Position numbers and translations under genes: made by a program. A DNA stretch of 63,138 nucleotides, counting the filler, from Vannella sp. (Eukaryota): NCBI GenBank assembly GCA_023345925.1. It is 6 parts of 6 records of this genome, joined end to end, with 100 filler letters (N's around TTAATTAATTAA, not from the genome) between each part and the next. Parts side by side here need not be neighbours in the genome. Positions count along the whole stretch, not along the records: positions 39,623 to 49,233 come from JAJQQN010000624.1; positions 49,334 to 58,110 come from JAJQQN010000327.1; positions 58,211 to 63,138 come from JAJQQN010000330.1; 3 more parts are not named here. One strand, written 5' to 3'. A model generated the notes under the pieces. The model was not told the origin of the DNA. It was given only the letters and a program-made list of their open reading frames with translations, and did no database searches. Shown piece after piece: positions 48,603 through 59,921 of this stretch (position 1 is its first letter; each line of letters opens with the position of its first letter).

Positions 48603-49233
48603 CCTTGGCCAGATAGTAATGCGAAGCTGAACAACAATCGGCCCGCTTTTTGTTCTTTCTTACACCAGCTAAGTCCTTCAAGGTTGCCTTTTGGAACAAG
48701 TCCCAGAGAGGATCACCGCCCCACTCAACCACATCTGTTGGGTCGGTGAATTCTCTCCCAATCCTACTTCTGCCGAGAATATTCCTCACGCGTTTTCCCG
48801 AGACATCCTTCTGGACTGTTTCAAACCGCTTGGGGGTCTCTTTGCTGGTAGGTATAAGGGTCTTCGAGACTTGATTCTCCTTTCCCTGCCCATTAATAAT
48901 CATCCTTGCAGAGCAGCGCAAACATGGGAGGGATCAGAAGCATAAGAATTTGCCAGACAAGGTGCTCATGAGGCCTTCCAAGCCGGAGCCCTTCCGGTTC
49001 ATTGGATGGATACCATGATCTCAATAGGGTGAAGTCTTTTTTTCGACGCCTGGTGGTACGTGAGCTCTTGGACAGAGGCTCCCATCATTGGTGAGGCTCT
49101 CCCAAGAAGACTTCAATGTTTGTTACTCAATCAGCTTCACCATCGGCTTATCGAAGCCTTTAGAGCGATCCCCGTTTCTCTGAGCAGCTCGCTTAGAGGA
49201 ACTGATACTCCTGAAGCGTTCATATCGTACCAT

Positions 49234-49333
49234 NNNNNNNNNNNNNNNNNNNNNNNNNNNNNNNNNNNNNNNNNNNNTTAATTAATTAANNNNNNNNNNN
49301 NNNNNNNNNNNNNNNNNNNNNNNNNNNNNNNNN
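49234..49333. other. Artificial contig linker
   Basis: N44-TTAATTAATTAA-N44. Confidence 0.98.
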
Positions 49334-49418
49334 TCTTTCGCATCGGTCCCAGTTGAATTTAGAAGCACTTTTCAACAGAGGCCAGCGGACGTGGTTGAGT
49401 GGAGCCGTGAATTCTCTC
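49334..49418. repeat. Truncated copy D of the palindromic element at a contig start
   Basis: ggtcccagttgaatttagaagcacttttcaacagaggccagcggacgtggttgagtggagccgtgaattctctc aligns with 48533-48602. Confidence 0.75.
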
Positions 49419-49592
49419 AGTTCTGCCAGAAGAAGCAACAGCCATCCCGAAGACACCCCAAATCCTTAGCGGCTTTTAAAAACTAGCCGCTACCATCCCT
49501 GGTCCTCAATAGCCCATTTGAGGAGCCTGAGGAAAGTCCAACAAAGTCGGGAAAGTCTCGTTTGGTCGGACCCGAAGAGGCCACTTTTTGCG

Positions 49593-50832
49593 ATGTCCTT
49601 GAAAGCGTTGTTCTTCGTTTACATTGTCGGAACGTTAGCTTGCTTCGTTGGGGCTACTCCATCTGATCAAGTGGACGCGCTTGTCGATCTGTTTGACGCG
49701 ACAAACGGGCCTCAGTGGAAGAACAGCCAGAACTGGTTGCAGGGCGATCCCTGCACTAACATGTGGCACGGGGTTACTTGTGATGATAACCAGAACGTCA
49801 TTGTCCTGTAAGTGCCTCCATCTCGGGCTTAACTTCGCCTGACCAGACTTTAGGAAGCTCCAGATGAACCGTCTGTCCGGAGAACTCCCTGAAACCTTGG
49901 GTAACTTGACGTTCGTGGAGAAGCTGTCCGTATGTCCTGGTCTCTCGTCCCCTTCTGACTCGTCACAGGAACTTGTACACCAACAAACTCTCTGGCGTCA
50001 TCCCCAACTCCATTGGGAGGATGAAGAAGATGAAGAACTTGTAAGCCTCCCCATCTGAGGCTCCTTATCCACCTTCTCAGCTTGTAAGCGCAGGTATCTT
50101 TACGGTAATCAGCTTTCTGGCTCGATCCCTTCCTCGATCGGGGACCTGATCGACCTACGATACATGTGAGGGCCACCAGCTTGTGTGCTTCTCATCCATT
50201 GACCACCCTGTTGAAGGTACTTGAAGGATAACCAACTCAACGGAACCATCCCCGACTCCGTGGGCAACCTTGGAAGGTTGAGCGACATGTAAGCTCTTTA
50301 TCCTCGCTCTGGTGTAGTGTGAGGCTCACGTAACGTGTCTGTAGCTACCTTTTCGATAACCAGCTCACTGGAACTCTTCCTACGACAGTGGGGAAGATGG
50401 GAAGCATGTTGAACTTGTAAGGAGCGCGAGAGACTGTGATGGGGAGCGCGACTGACTCTTGGACTCGTTCTTAGCTACGTGCAGAACAACCAGCTCACTG
50501 GAATCATCCCTGACGCGATCGGGAACCTGGCCCGGCTGAAGAACTTGTATTTGCTCAACAACCGGCTCGAAGGAACCATCCCGAACGGGTTGGGAAGTCT
50601 CCCCAACCTAGGAACCATGTAAGTAACAGGATGCCCGCCCCTTCTGCACTCACACCTTCTCAGCGACCTCCAAAACAACACCCTCACCAGCCCCTTCCCC
50701 CTCTTCCTCCAGACCCAACCCACCATCAAGAACGTGCGTTTGCAAGACAACCTGTTCACATGCCCCCTCCCCTCCTGGTGCAGCGACAGTGGAACCGGAA
50801 CCTGCACGCCTTGCTTCCCCCCTTCCTCCTAA
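49593..50832 (+). CDS. Secreted plant-type LRR protein (8 exons)
   Basis: Signal peptide; LRRNT 'DQVDALVDLFDATNG..W...DPC...WHGVTC'; 24-aa LxLxxNxLSGxIPxxIGxLxxL repeats; Cys-rich cap; no TM segment. Confidence 0.9.
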
Positions 50833-50925
50833 AGCTCCGCCTTATAAAGCTCTAGGAGCACGTTGGATGAGAGATAGGTCTTTAGACTCAGCTAGGAACT
50901 GGACGGAGCCATCATACAGTAGGGG

Positions 50926-51738
50926 ATGGCCATGAACTGCACGCCGACCTACTTTCCTCCCGACTTCTTGACGGACTCTCTGACGGAGACGAGTTACGGA
51001 GTAGCGTGCATCAGTGGGATGTATGTGGCGCACCTGTTCTGTGCCTACGTGAGTGTATTGGCGGGGTTCTTAGCGTTGGTGGCGAGAGCGGTTCCGCGCC
51101 TCCGTCCCTTTCATAAGTACCCTGGAGGGCTCTTCATGATCATCATCTACTTTGCAGAAGGCTCTGCCATGCTCATCTTCAACACAGGGCTCCCCAGAGC
51201 GATCATCTTCTTCCTAACGCTCATGTTAGTGAGTATGACTGTCGGGTACTGCGCCATCCGCCCTTACCAAGCTCAAGTGCGCAACAAGGTGATACTGCAA
51301 GCAGATCTCCTTCAGCAGGAAGATCCTTCTGTTCCTCTGTCCAAGCAGCTCCAAATAGCGACCGAAATGGTCCGCGAGGAGCCCAGAAGTTGGTTCCAGC
51401 GCCTCTTCTCCCTCAAAGCTGTCCACGGCTACTTCATGACACTTGCTTGGTACCAAATGGCAGGCCGAGCGATGGTCGTCAACCCCTTTGACGGCTTTCG
51501 AGGCTGCTTCGCCTATCCAGTCTACAAGAACTTGGGCTCCAACGGGGAGCTCGTCCTCCTTCCCGAGGTATCAGAAGAAGACCTCCACTTCCAACTCACC
51601 TTAGCCACTTCCGTCACCATTCCGGCCGTCTTCGGCTTCATTCTGATTGGTGCAACGTATGCTCTGGTCGCTGATTGGTGGGCGCGTAGAAAGTCCCGCA
51701 CTAACAGAGAGACGGTTTCTTGCTTCCCTCATAAATGA
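50926..51738 (+). CDS. Multi-pass membrane protein of unknown function
   Basis: 270-aa ORF with about 5 hydrophobic helices. Confidence 0.7.
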   Translation: MAMNCTPTYFPPDFLTDSLTETSYGVACISGMYVAHLFCAYVSVLAGFLALVARAVPRLRPFHKYPGGLFMIIIYFAEGSAMLIFNTGLPRAIIFFLTLMLVSMTVGYCAIRPYQAQVRNKVILQADLLQQEDPSVPLSKQLQIATEMVREEPRSWFQRLFSLKAVHGYFMTLAWYQMAGRAMVVNPFDGFRGCFAYPVYKNLGSNGELVLLPEVSEEDLHFQLTLATSVTIPAVFGFILIGATYALVADWWARRKSRTNRETVSCFPHK

Positions 51739-52598
51739 AGTTAAGCCTGACCCAAAATGGAGACTTCTTGGAAGTTCTGCTGTCATGAGAATGCGCAAGC
51801 CCTTGTGGACAAAGTGGTCCGATTCGCCTTAGTTGGAGCGCGTTGGCTCGTTAAGGCTCAACTAACCAAGGTCCTCCATGAAACTCTAAAACGTGTGATG
51901 GAATGTGGTTGGAGGAGGAACGCCGGCTCGCAAGGCTCTCTTTCACAGTCATCTGTGAGATATCCGTCCAGAGCTCTCGTTCGTTCAGTGTTCCCTTCCA
52001 GCCCCCTTTTCTCACAGAATCTTGTCTCGTTGTGGCTTTCCCACCGGAAAACTACCGATAGATTCCTTCACTTCTAACTCTCCTCAGCCACCTACCATAC
52101 AAGCCGTGGGCCTCATCCTGAATAGGATAAAAAACGCGTGCTCCGGTTGCTAAATGGTATTCAAGCAGACAGTTACACGCCACAGAGGTTCTTGTTCACT
52201 ATCACCTTTGTCCCTGAGAGGCTCCAACGAGGAATGCACTGTTGACCTGAAGAGGCGGCTTGGGTGCTCTGAGCCAACAGATTATCAGAGCCTCACCCTC
52301 TCTGGAGAGATGTGGAAAGGTAAAGAAAGAAAATGAGTGTCCTTCAACAATTAAGCTTGAGAGAGTACCCAATGTCCTTTGAAGCACCACCTATTGGAGA
52401 GATTTACGACACCCCTATTGACATCTGTGCACTAGCAACAGACAAGGAGAGACGGACTCGGATGAAATGAACTCCCAAACGCAAATTCAGGTTTCCGGTC
52501 AGAATCCGGTGCGTTGCATCTTCTCGTTATAGTAAGCAGTAGGGTGAGACATTTTTGCAGTGAAAAGGCTCATTATTGTACATCAGTGGGTCCTTTTC

Positions 52599-53355
52599 TC
52601 AAAGGACGTCAAGAGAGACATTCCGGCATCTCAATAGAGACAAGATACTTTCCAGACTGGCCCCGTAGTTGTTCATGTTCCATTTGGCAAGCTCAGGCGT
52701 CCAGTAGAGCAAGCAGCCAGGGGCGCGAGGGAGCATTGAACCTTTGAACTCCTTCTCTTCATAGCAGTCCTGGCCGTGCTCTAGGAATGCATTGATCCAG
52801 ACCCGCTGGTCTGCCATGAAAGGACGAACAACATACGTATCCAGTCGTGTGGCTATGATAGGCGCCAGTTGGTCCTCGAGGATGGGGTGGCCGAGAGGTT
52901 CTTCGAGGGGGATCACGGAGCAGGGCTTATAGAAGACGGTGAGGTTATGAGATACAAGCATCTCGAAAGCCACTGCTCGTTCCTCATCCCAGTGATCAGT
53001 AAAGGACAGAAGGCTGCGGATCTCGTTAAGCTGGGAGACGCGCATTCGATGGGCGATCTCTGCTCGACAGGAAACGTCCGAGAACTACCTCCACCATGTT
53101 ACATGAGAGGCTGACTACCTTATTTCAGAAGGAGGCACGCACCCGCTCCACATCACTGTCGTAGTGGCCATTACAGTAGGCCCGAAGGTCCCGTATCCGA
53201 ACCCACTCTTCGCTCTCCGCCAAACTCGCCACCTGGCCTTCATACATTGAACCAGCTCTCTCCCCCTCCCCCTGGGACCGATGGAAGAATAAGAAGGTCA
53301 CCAGAAGGAGGAAACCAACCACAAAGCCGACCCCGACCTTCCTCAGGTCCGACAT
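52599..53355 (-). CDS. Type II membrane protein of unknown function
   Basis: 'MSDLRKVGVGFVVGFLLLVTFLFF' anchor; one GTGCGT..TAG intron joins it in frame to the 52599-53045 ORF. Confidence 0.6.
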
Positions 53356-53801
53356 GCAACCTAATGAATGGCAAATCCCCAAGACCAATGACATCCTGGT
53401 GATGCTACGACCAAGCAAAGGCCTTTATTGAGCCTCCAGTGCGGAGGGGGAGAGGGCGCTGTGTCCATGCCCGTTTAAACCGATCGCGCACTGCCAACGC
53501 GCCAGCTCTGAGAGACATTCATGCTTTTGGGGTACCACCACTGGCCGAGGCCAGACAGCAGGAGCTGCATCGGGACCCACATCAAACGTGGTCCCGCTGC
53601 ATCTCACCCCCGACTAGTATTGAAATGACCCCTTTCAAATCACCCCTCTATATTACACCAATTCCCATTATTTGGAAAAGCAATTTACAGGCAGTCGACC
53701 GAGTAAAAAGGGCGGGAAAACATTTTACGCTTTGTGTAACCATCTGATGATGGAGGGATGAGCTTGATTCATTTGCTAGTCGCCTGGAGGTCGGATTGTG
53801 T

Positions 53802-56800
53802 ATGAACCCGAAGGAGTTGTTGGCTGGAGGGTTCCTCACCAAGCGAGGAGGAACCACGCAGGAGCTTGTTGCGGGGTTGAAGGTAAGTGGGACGGCTAAC
53901 TGGCTGACAGTCCATCTGACCTCGTCTCGAAGGAGCTCTATTCCTACCTCTCCTTGTACAAGCAAGCTGAAAGTGCACGAGACACGCAAAGCCTTGATAC
54001 GATCAGCGCACTGATCATCAAGCCTCGCACTCTCAGCTCCAAGGACGAGACTGTCCAGCTACTGACATCCTGTTGCCTTGCAGAGATCATTCGCATCTAT
54101 GCTCCGAATGCTCCTTATTCAGAGGAGCAGCTTGAAGTAAGTGGGAATGTGAAAACGTGTTTACTGGATTCTGACCCCCTCTGGTAGGCCATCTTTCGCT
54201 TGTTTCTGGTTACTTTGGATGACTTTCACGTCCAAAAGGATGTGCTCTACTCCAACCTGCTCCAACAGCTCGTTCGAGTGAAAGCCTTCCTCTTACTCAT
54301 CGACCTCGACATGCAGCTTGTTCGAGACACTTTTGAGCAGTTCCTGCGCCTTCCCATGTTCGTTTTCACTATCTATACCCATCTGATGCTCACTGATGAT
54401 CTAGCGATGACATATCAGGCCAGGATGTGACCAATCTGCTCAACATTCTCGCCCTTTGTGTGCAAACGATGGCCGAAGACGACGACATTCTCGATGATGA
54501 CATTGTCCAGACCGTCCTCGCGTGCATCCTTCGAAAGCATGACAAGCAAGGTCGTCCAACAGAGCGGCATTCAGCATACGCGCTGGCCAAGAACTTGATC
54601 CTCCACTGTACCAGAGAGCTTTCTCACAGCATCACCCAGCTCATTGTGGATGCTGTTCAGCAGGGAGGGAAAGGAGACACTCAATTGTACAGCCACTACC
54701 ACGACCTCATCAAAGAAGTGAACCAAATCAACTCCAGCTTGGTAGTGCCCGTCCTTCCATACTTGGAGAAGGAATTGCGAGACCAGAAGGATTCACAACG
54801 TCGCTTTAAGGCTACCAGTACTCTCCATGATGTGTTGGTTGCTTCTCCGGCTCTGTTTATCAACAATCGGTCGCTCTTTGATGCGTTTCTCAGCCGGTCT
54901 GACGATCCCGATGCCAAAATCCGGCGAGTTATTGTGGGCTCTTGCAAGACACTGTTCGAGTACCATCCAGACTGTTACAGCCAAGTCACCCAACTACTCA
55001 GCGAACGCATTGTTGACACAGATGAGAGCGTCCGAGCGTTGGCCGTCGAGGTGGTGTGTTTGGGTGCAGAACGCAACCTGGCAGGAATTCCTGTCGAATT
55101 GATGGACGCAGTGGCCAACCGTCTTATCGATACGCGTCCCAAAGTGCGCACAGAAGCGTTCTCGTCCTTGTCAGCACTCTATGTGGCTTGTCAGGAGAAC
55201 GAAGTTGACGAGAGAGAGTGGGAGAAAAAGCTGCGCTGGATCCCGCGCAAGATTATCGCTTGCTATCAGCACCCCAACTGGCAGATTCGCTTTAACGTGG
55301 AGCAGGTTGTGAGCGAGGATCTCCTCCCCACTCGAGTGCCTTCTCCTGCTGAGGACAATGACGAGGACGAAGAAGAAGTGACAGATCTCGAGAGTGCCCG
55401 TGCTGCTGCTCTTTTGGAAGCTGCTGTGACATTTGCAGATGAGCCACAGATCCTCTCGGCCTACAAGAAGCTCCTCCGGGACAAATACTCGTAAGTGTCT
55501 CCCGCAAACACTAGGAAGGCCACTGCTGACCACTGGAAAGCTTCCAAGAGTTATTCTCCGAGTTCCTCAAGGCTACATCGGGAGCAGATATGTTCGATGA
55601 TGTAGATGAGGACCTCTTGAAGAAGATGAGCGGTTATTTCCCCGATTGCAAGTCCATTCGTGACCACATGGCCTCGCTTACCTCCATCATTCCCGCCCTT
55701 CGCAAGCAAATAGCCGTTATCTTGGACCCCCATCGCCCTCTCGAAGAGCGCATGGAAGCTAAGGAGCAAGCGCAAAGTCATACGGCCCCTTTTGGGTCCA
55801 GCAAAGAGTTGAACAAGGAGGAAGAAGAGTTCTTCCTGGCTGTGATAGAGAAGCTGACTTTGACACATCTCACTCCTCACACCATCCCCAAGATGTTCTC
55901 TTACATCAGCAACCAGCTTCCTGAGGACTCTGACGAGGTCCCTGACGAAGTAGCTACCATGCTAGTCTTCCTTCAGGCAGTAAGCGAGGTGGTGCCAGAG
56001 TACTTTGCCGGGTGTTACTTGCAATTGAAGGCGATGTTAGCGGATGAGAACCCTGTTCTCGTTGAGAATGCTCTCGCTTTACTCTCCCACACGGCCCAAA
56101 CTCTCTCTGGACAAGTGATCTCCAAGTGAGTGACTGATGGTGTCCTTCTAACAACTGGCTGACGTAAGGGCAGGGACATTCTGGCCGAGTTGAAGGATCT
56201 ATGTGAGAAGGGGACGCCCAGGCAAGCCAAGCAGAGCGTGCAATCCCTTGCCAAGATCCATGCCAAGGACAATTCTGCTTTCCACCAGACTTTCGAAGGC
56301 CTCCTTGGGGTAACTCGCTTCCTTTCCTCCTCGGTGATGCTTGCCTGACAACTACACAGAAATTCACTGTCTATGCAGTTGGTGGAGGCGCGCCGCCACC
56401 CAACATGGCCACTGTTCTCTGCGCAGTCAGTCACGTGGCGCAAGTGGCACCAGCTGATTTTGCTTCACACGCAGACCTGCTCATTCCCTTTGTGCTGGAG
56501 ACTGTTTTCCACAGAGATTCGTCCTTTAACTGTGCCACGCGAGTGTTTGGCATAAGAACTTTGGTGCGATACGCGCTGTCTCTGGAGCCTTCAGCCGCTG
56601 CAAAGACTGGCAAGCGCATTCTGACTTTCTTGATCAAAGTTTTAGACCGTGTGGGTGACATAGAGGAAGATGAGGTTGACCGAAGTCGCCTTCGGAAAGC
56701 TGCGTCGGTTGGACTCCTCCGACTGGCTCAAAAGTCACACTATGAAGCACTGGTGAGTCCTGCTGACTTCCTCATCATCGCTCGTGTCACAAGGGACCCT

Positions 56801-57830
56801 TGCTATGATGTGAGAGACTCCCTCTTGAAGCACCTGACCAGCGGCTGCCGGATAAGCGCACTCCGAGTCCGCTTCATCGCGCTTATCGTCCTTCTCGCTA
56901 ATGACCCAGACCGGGCTCTGGCAAAGAAAGCTAAGGAGAGCTTGGCTCAATGCGTTCAAGTGTTGCACCAGCTGGAAGAGCAACGGAAAGGCACCAAAGG
57001 AATCGAGCGCATCCGACCCGAGTTCGCGCTTCCGTTCGTCCTCTTTGTGATCTCGCATGCCTTTGACTGGAAAGAGGCAGCCTTGGCAGAGCACATCTCT
57101 CATGTCAGAACCCTGGGAACCTTTGTAGAACAGTTCAAGAAGAAGGGCCCGTTCTTCTACCACTTCTTCGACTCCATGAGGAAGACCCAAGACATCATCA
57201 CGCCAGAGTGTACGGAGCGAATGTACGCTCTGTGTGAGATTGGCAAGGCTGTCATCATGGGAAAGAGTCCCAAGCAGTGGGCTCCAGTGGAGGATCTGCT
57301 GTTTGTACCTACGAACATCTACCGAGTGGTGGGAGATCCTGAGGCTCTTAAACGGTCCCTTGTGAAGAAGTACTTGCCTAGCACCTTCCGTCTCCCTGCT
57401 TCTGCATTGAAGTGCAGCCACAAGCTTGGTTATCCTGGGCACGAGGATGTCGAACCTTTCATCATCGACGCTCGCGCAAAGCGATCCTCTCTGGTAGGTG
57501 ACCCTGCTCCTCCTCCTCCGGCTAACTGGAACAGACCTCCATCATCTCTCCGAAGAAGATCCAGAAGAAGAGTGCGTCCAAAGCTGGCAAGAAGCGGAAG
57601 ACGCCCCCGAAGAAGGCTCAGCCAAAAGAGATGAAGAAGCAGAAAGTGGAACCTTCCACCCCCACAAGGCGAAGGTATGACCGCCACCAAGGTCAAACTT
57701 GAAGTTCTAACTTAGTTGGCGCAGCTCCAGAGGTCGCGCTCAGGTTGTCTATGATGAGAGCGAGGAGGAGGAGGAGGAGGAAGAATCGGGGTCAGGTGAG
57801 CCCGAAAGTGGAGAGGAAGAGGAGGAATGA
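53802..57830 (+). CDS. PDS5: Sister chromatid cohesion protein Pds5
   Basis: 'VQLLTSCCLAEIIRIYAPNAPYS', 'VLPYLEKEL', 'FLSRSDD', 'RIVDTDESVR', 'SRLRKAASVGLLRLA', 'RPEFALP'; multi-exon, with a K-rich and then acidic tail. Confidence 0.93.
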
Positions 57831-58110
57831 AGTGCTGATCATTTTTTTGCCATCCAAGTGGGATCAGTTGGTTGTGTAATACTTTGCTTCATCTTTAAAC
57901 TTTGCTTTTGCTTCATTCCAGGCAACTCTCGACTTGGAACAAAAGCGGGTTCTTGCGCGGACAGAGGTTCGGTTACGATCGGAGTGTCACGTGCAACTCC
58001 CAGCCGGGAAGATCTGGAGGCTCCCTAAAACGCCTCCCTTCGATAGGACAGAAGTTTTTTTGAACATCAAAGGACTCCTTCATATTTATTCGAGAGTCTT
58101 GGTCTCCTTC

Positions 58111-58210
58111 NNNNNNNNNNNNNNNNNNNNNNNNNNNNNNNNNNNNNNNNNNNNTTAATTAATTAANNNNNNNNNNNNNNNNNNNNNNNNNNNNNNNNNN
58201 NNNNNNNNNN
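58111..58210. other. Artificial contig linker
   Basis: N44-TTAATTAATTAA-N44. Confidence 0.98.
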
Positions 58211-58954
58211 TTTTTCTTCTCTCAAAAATTTAACTTTTTATTCCATTTTCTTTACTCTCGAAAAACCCCGTCAAAACAGGTTTACATATATTATTCACCA
58301 GACTCTGAATGCCTCATCCCAGCCTTCTTACCCCCTAAGGATTCATCAGTTCTTGTGCCTCTATATAAACGCGGCATCCTCTGTGCAAGTCGATGCTCTA
58401 TCTTCTACTCACATAGCACTGGCAGAGCGGTTGGTTTTGGCCTTTGTGCTTTTGAGCGTGAAATCGGACAACTTCCTTCATTGGAGCTGCTTTGCCTCTT
58501 TGGCATTGTTAATTGTCGCTTCTGTGGCCTTGGGGTCCTATATCCTGGTCCAGTGGGCTATTCTCATCATTGCCATGTCCTCTTTGTCTCCCAACTTCTC
58601 ACTAGACCCTCTCATGCACCTCCACAAACCGAGTGAAGACACTTCTTCCTTGGACCAGGGGGAAAGCGACGAAGATCTTTCTGATGGTGAGGACTTTAGC
58701 GCGTACAACCCCACCTTTGAAGTGAATCTTCTCCCTCCCGCTTCCGCCACAGCTTGGAACTTCAACTTTCCCTTCAAATCCTCTCGAAGAGCCAAACGAG
58801 GGGCACGCTAACTTTCCCGCCATTTTCTATTTTCCCTCTGCAGACCCTTTTGAACAGTAAAATTCAATATCAAAAGAGCAATCTAATGCCAGTGAAAGGG
58901 GTGAAAGATGAAGTGGACTAGAACAGAGGGGAAAATGGCGGGAAATCATTTGCC

Positions 58955-59806
58955 ATGTCCCTCGCCCCGCGGAAGAGGAAGAGCTCGGGGAGGCGGTCGT
59001 TGAATAACTTGGAGCCTGAAGAGTTCTTGTCGGATAAGGAGATCCTCGGGTTCCAGCCTCTGGATGTGGTGGACGAGATCATAAATAGCGTGCATGACTC
59101 GGCTTGTGACCTTGTTGACGAGACAGAGGAGCACCTGCGCCCGCAGGTGCGACCTGAGCACCATGAGCAACTTCAAAAAGGGTTTGATGAGTTCCTTGAG
59201 AGCTGGGGCACGGCTGTTGACAAGTATTGTGACAAGTTTGAACTGTTCGTGCTCAAGAACTCCTTCAACATCCCTCCTGCCCTTCGTGCTCTGGCCGCAC
59301 AAGAGAGAAATAGAAGGCTCCGTATTGAAAGCATCGACACAAGTAACAAGGAGAACTACAACGAGCAACAGGACGAATTAGACGCTCAAATCAACCTCAC
59401 AAGACGACAATTGATCGAAGTAAGACTGAACCTGTCGACTTTTTCTGCTCCCCAGTACCCCTAACCTTTGTTAAACCAGGAAAAGAGGAAAAACGCGCTC
59501 CACGCGGCCCAATTGAAGCAACTGGACCAAGAAGTGCCCGCTGAGGACTTGCTCCAACTCACTCAATATGTTGACCAACTGGCTGCCTCTGTGAAGAGCA
59601 CCACAGAGCCTATGGGCGTCCTTTCTACTCACTACGGGCGCTTACAACAGATTCACGCTCTCATCAAAGCAGAACTTAGCAAACTGCCCCTTTTGGAGCC
59701 TCCCGCCATCGACTTGGACTCTCAATTCCTCGCTCACTCGCGAATCACTCATATTCAGTCAGTGCAAGCACTGCAGGAGGTTACAGATGCGATGGAAGTC
59801 GAATAG
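58955..59806 (+). CDS. MIS12: Kinetochore protein Mis12/Mtw1
   Basis: 'EILGFQPLDVVDEIINSV...DKFELFVLKNSFNIP' is the Mis12 N-terminal pattern; intron at about 59420-59480; coiled coil. Confidence 0.85.
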
Positions 59807-59921
59807 AACTCAATAGGAGGAAGAGACTTGTTGACTTAGTCCGATTAACTTTATTTCCGTCGGCAAGGGGGCTGAACCACATGCCATTATGTACACGACT
59901 CAATATTACGTGGCGGTAACC

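Noticed and set aside
56735..57442. 235-aa minus ORF and many similar short ORFs
   Set aside because: Antisense shadows of well-supported genes such as PDS5.
58575..58921. Small acidic ORF with a possible GC-AG intron (GCACGC..TGCAG)
   Set aside because: No homology cue, and the putative intron overlaps the inverted motif upstream of MIS12; unsupported without RNA data.
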